From contig NIVC01001839.1 in NCBI GenBank assembly GCA_002269645.1, positions 259,462-323,461 on the forward strand: a DNA stretch of 64,000 nt. Direction: 5' to 3'. The stretch is from Macrostomum lignano (lineage: Eukaryota). This document shows, piece by piece, positions 62,212 through 64,000 of the stretch. The position numbers and the translations under genes are program-made. The notes beneath the pieces were generated by a model. That model did no database searches, was not told the origin of the DNA, and saw only the letters and a list, made by a program, of their open reading frames with translations. How positions within the stretch are numbered: the first letter of the stretch is position 1; every line of letters begins with the position of its first letter.

Positions 62212-62696
62212 CAGGGGTCGAAGCCTTGCGGCCTGTGAAGCCTCTCTACGAACGTATCCGGCCCTCGGGTCCATTAAAACTTCACAATAGCAATCTGGCG
62301 CTCTCAAGGTTTGTCTCCTCAGCTCTCTTCTCTTTTCTTATTTTTCTCTCCTCTGCTCTCTCCTCTCATCTCCTCTCTTTCTCTCTCCTCTCTCTCACAT
62401 CTCTCCTCCTCCTCTCATCTCCTCACTCTTTCTTATCATCTCTCCTCTTTTCTCCTCTCATCTCCTCTCTCCTCTTATCTTGTTTCTTCTTTTATACTCC
62501 TTTCTCTCTCCTTTCATTTCTTCTCTCTCTCTCTCTCTCTCTTATCATATCCCTTATCGCATCTCTTATCTAGCCTCTCACCTCTCCTCTCTATTGCTAT
62601 CTCTTATCTTCCTCTTTATTATTTTCTCTCTCCCATTCCCTCTCCTTCCCACTCTCATCTGGCCGCAGCGATGATCTAGATTCTTATCTAGCCTTG
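62212..62696 (+). mobile_element. hAT-like MITE family 1, copy 3, with expanded CT tract
   Basis: Starts caggggtcg; perfect 8-bp TSD gtttagac at 62204-62211 and 62697-62704; shares tatccggccctcg...aaacttcacaatagca with copies 1 and 2. Confidence 0.85.
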
Positions 62697-63884
62697 GTTT
62701 AGACGGACCTTTAACAAATATATTTTTTCCGGATTTTTTGTTTAAACCTGTTCAAAAACAACTTTTTTTAACATTGAAAACCAAATCTGTTTGGACGCGG
62801 CTAAAAATTGATGTCTCCACTAGTAGCTCAGTACTACTTACAGTAGAATGTCATTTCAATTGCAGTCTGGAATGTTTTAATGCGATACGGGGGTTCTGCT
62901 TTATAGTATTAATGACAGAATAAAAGAATTCTGAAATCTAAACAACAACCGCTGCATCATAGGTTCAAGCGAGACAGAACTACCACGTAAAAAGCTGTTT
63001 ATTCTACCTTTATTACCAAAATTATAGGTGCTACAAAAATTTGCAGAATCGAATGGGGAAAAGTAATGGATTATTTCTATCCTATAAAACAGTAATTCGC
63101 TTGCGTTATCATAGAAGCCTCTCTGTCCTGGTTGAAACAACGCAGACTTCTCTCCCCTACTCGTATTAAACTGCGGCATGCTGATTAACGAATGCGCAGG
63201 TTCAGGGAGACATGGAGGGGGGCTACAGATGGGTTGCACATTTCAGAAATAAGTGCATAAGTGCAATGCAGAAGTGAAACGTTGGGTTTGGAATGCTAGA
63301 GAGCGGTGAATAGATAAAGACAGGCAGACAGACAGGCAGACAGACAGACGAGAGATAAAACTATCAGGGCGAAGCGGTTTGGAAGTCCGACAAAAATAAA
63401 GATATCAGAAACCTGTCTGAATCAGCATATGCTTTTCTGGACCATGGACGCCTAATCCAGGCGTCTACTGGATCTACTGGAAACGACAACTGTGTGTTTC
63501 CTACCAGGATTTGTTTAATCCTAAAGCCTGCATGGCTGTATGACCGGATGAAGGTAAATCTTACACTGAATTTAGCTAGCTGCCAGGATGACCAAAATGT
63601 CACGGGCTGCTTCAGTTCTAGACAGTGCACATATTCTGTGTTACCACACCAGTAGATGAACTATCAGACCAAGGGCATTGATGTAAATCTGTTCCGACAA
63701 ACTAAATGGTGTAAAAGTACAATACAAGGCAGTGTGAATAAAATAAATGCAGTATTTATTATTCTCCAACTTATTTACTATTACGTACCACAAACATAAA
63801 CTTTCGGTCTAGAAAATAAACTAAACAAGTTATTGCCGAGCAAAGTTAATTAGTGTTCCAACAAATAAGTGTAAAATTCTAGCG

Positions 63885-64000
63885 GTATGATCGTCAAAAT
63901 ACGTGACAGATTCTGAGGAGGGTAAGATGTGGTTAATTTGTTGGGTAAAATGTGACAGATTCTGAGGATAAGATGTGGTTAATTCGTTTAGTAAAATATG
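63885..64000. repeat. Start of a ~47-50-bp tandem repeat (gtgacagattctgagga...taagatgtggttaatt...gtaaaat)
   Basis: Two units visible before the window ends. Confidence 0.7.

Overview
Eukaryotic (animal) genomic DNA with spliceosomal GT-AG introns, a Pol III tRNA and very dense tandem repeats. The style suggests a free-living flatworm such as Macrostomum, which is inference only. Host genes: an intronless P2X-family channel with an altered ATP site (-), an SH2 protein ending in a kinase N-lobe relic (-), an otopetrin (+), a 103-aa Lys-rich orphan ORF (+), a pancreatic-lipase-like gene (+, 3' end not found), tRNA-Asp(GTC) (-), an insect-AANAT-like GNAT (-), and a PDZ protein (+) whose 10-kb first intron holds an antisense rolling-stone/FAR-17a/AIG1-family gene. 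The main unexplained structure is a 14,711-bp unit (30809-45519) with ~0.7-kb terminal inverted repeats, AG...CT termini (left end AGTAGT) and a perfect 6-bp target-site duplication (ATAATC). These are Polinton/Maverick hallmarks, but no Polinton core gene is recognisable. The interior instead carries decayed KDM3 (JmjC) exons, a THAP pseudogene, a mariner, a LINE fragment, a hAT MITE and satellites. Elsewhere there are a CORE-type SINE, a Merlin remnant, a foldback-type MITE family, a CT-bearing hAT MITE family and about 20 mini/microsatellite arrays. Exon boundaries were read by eye, and all identities are visual estimates.
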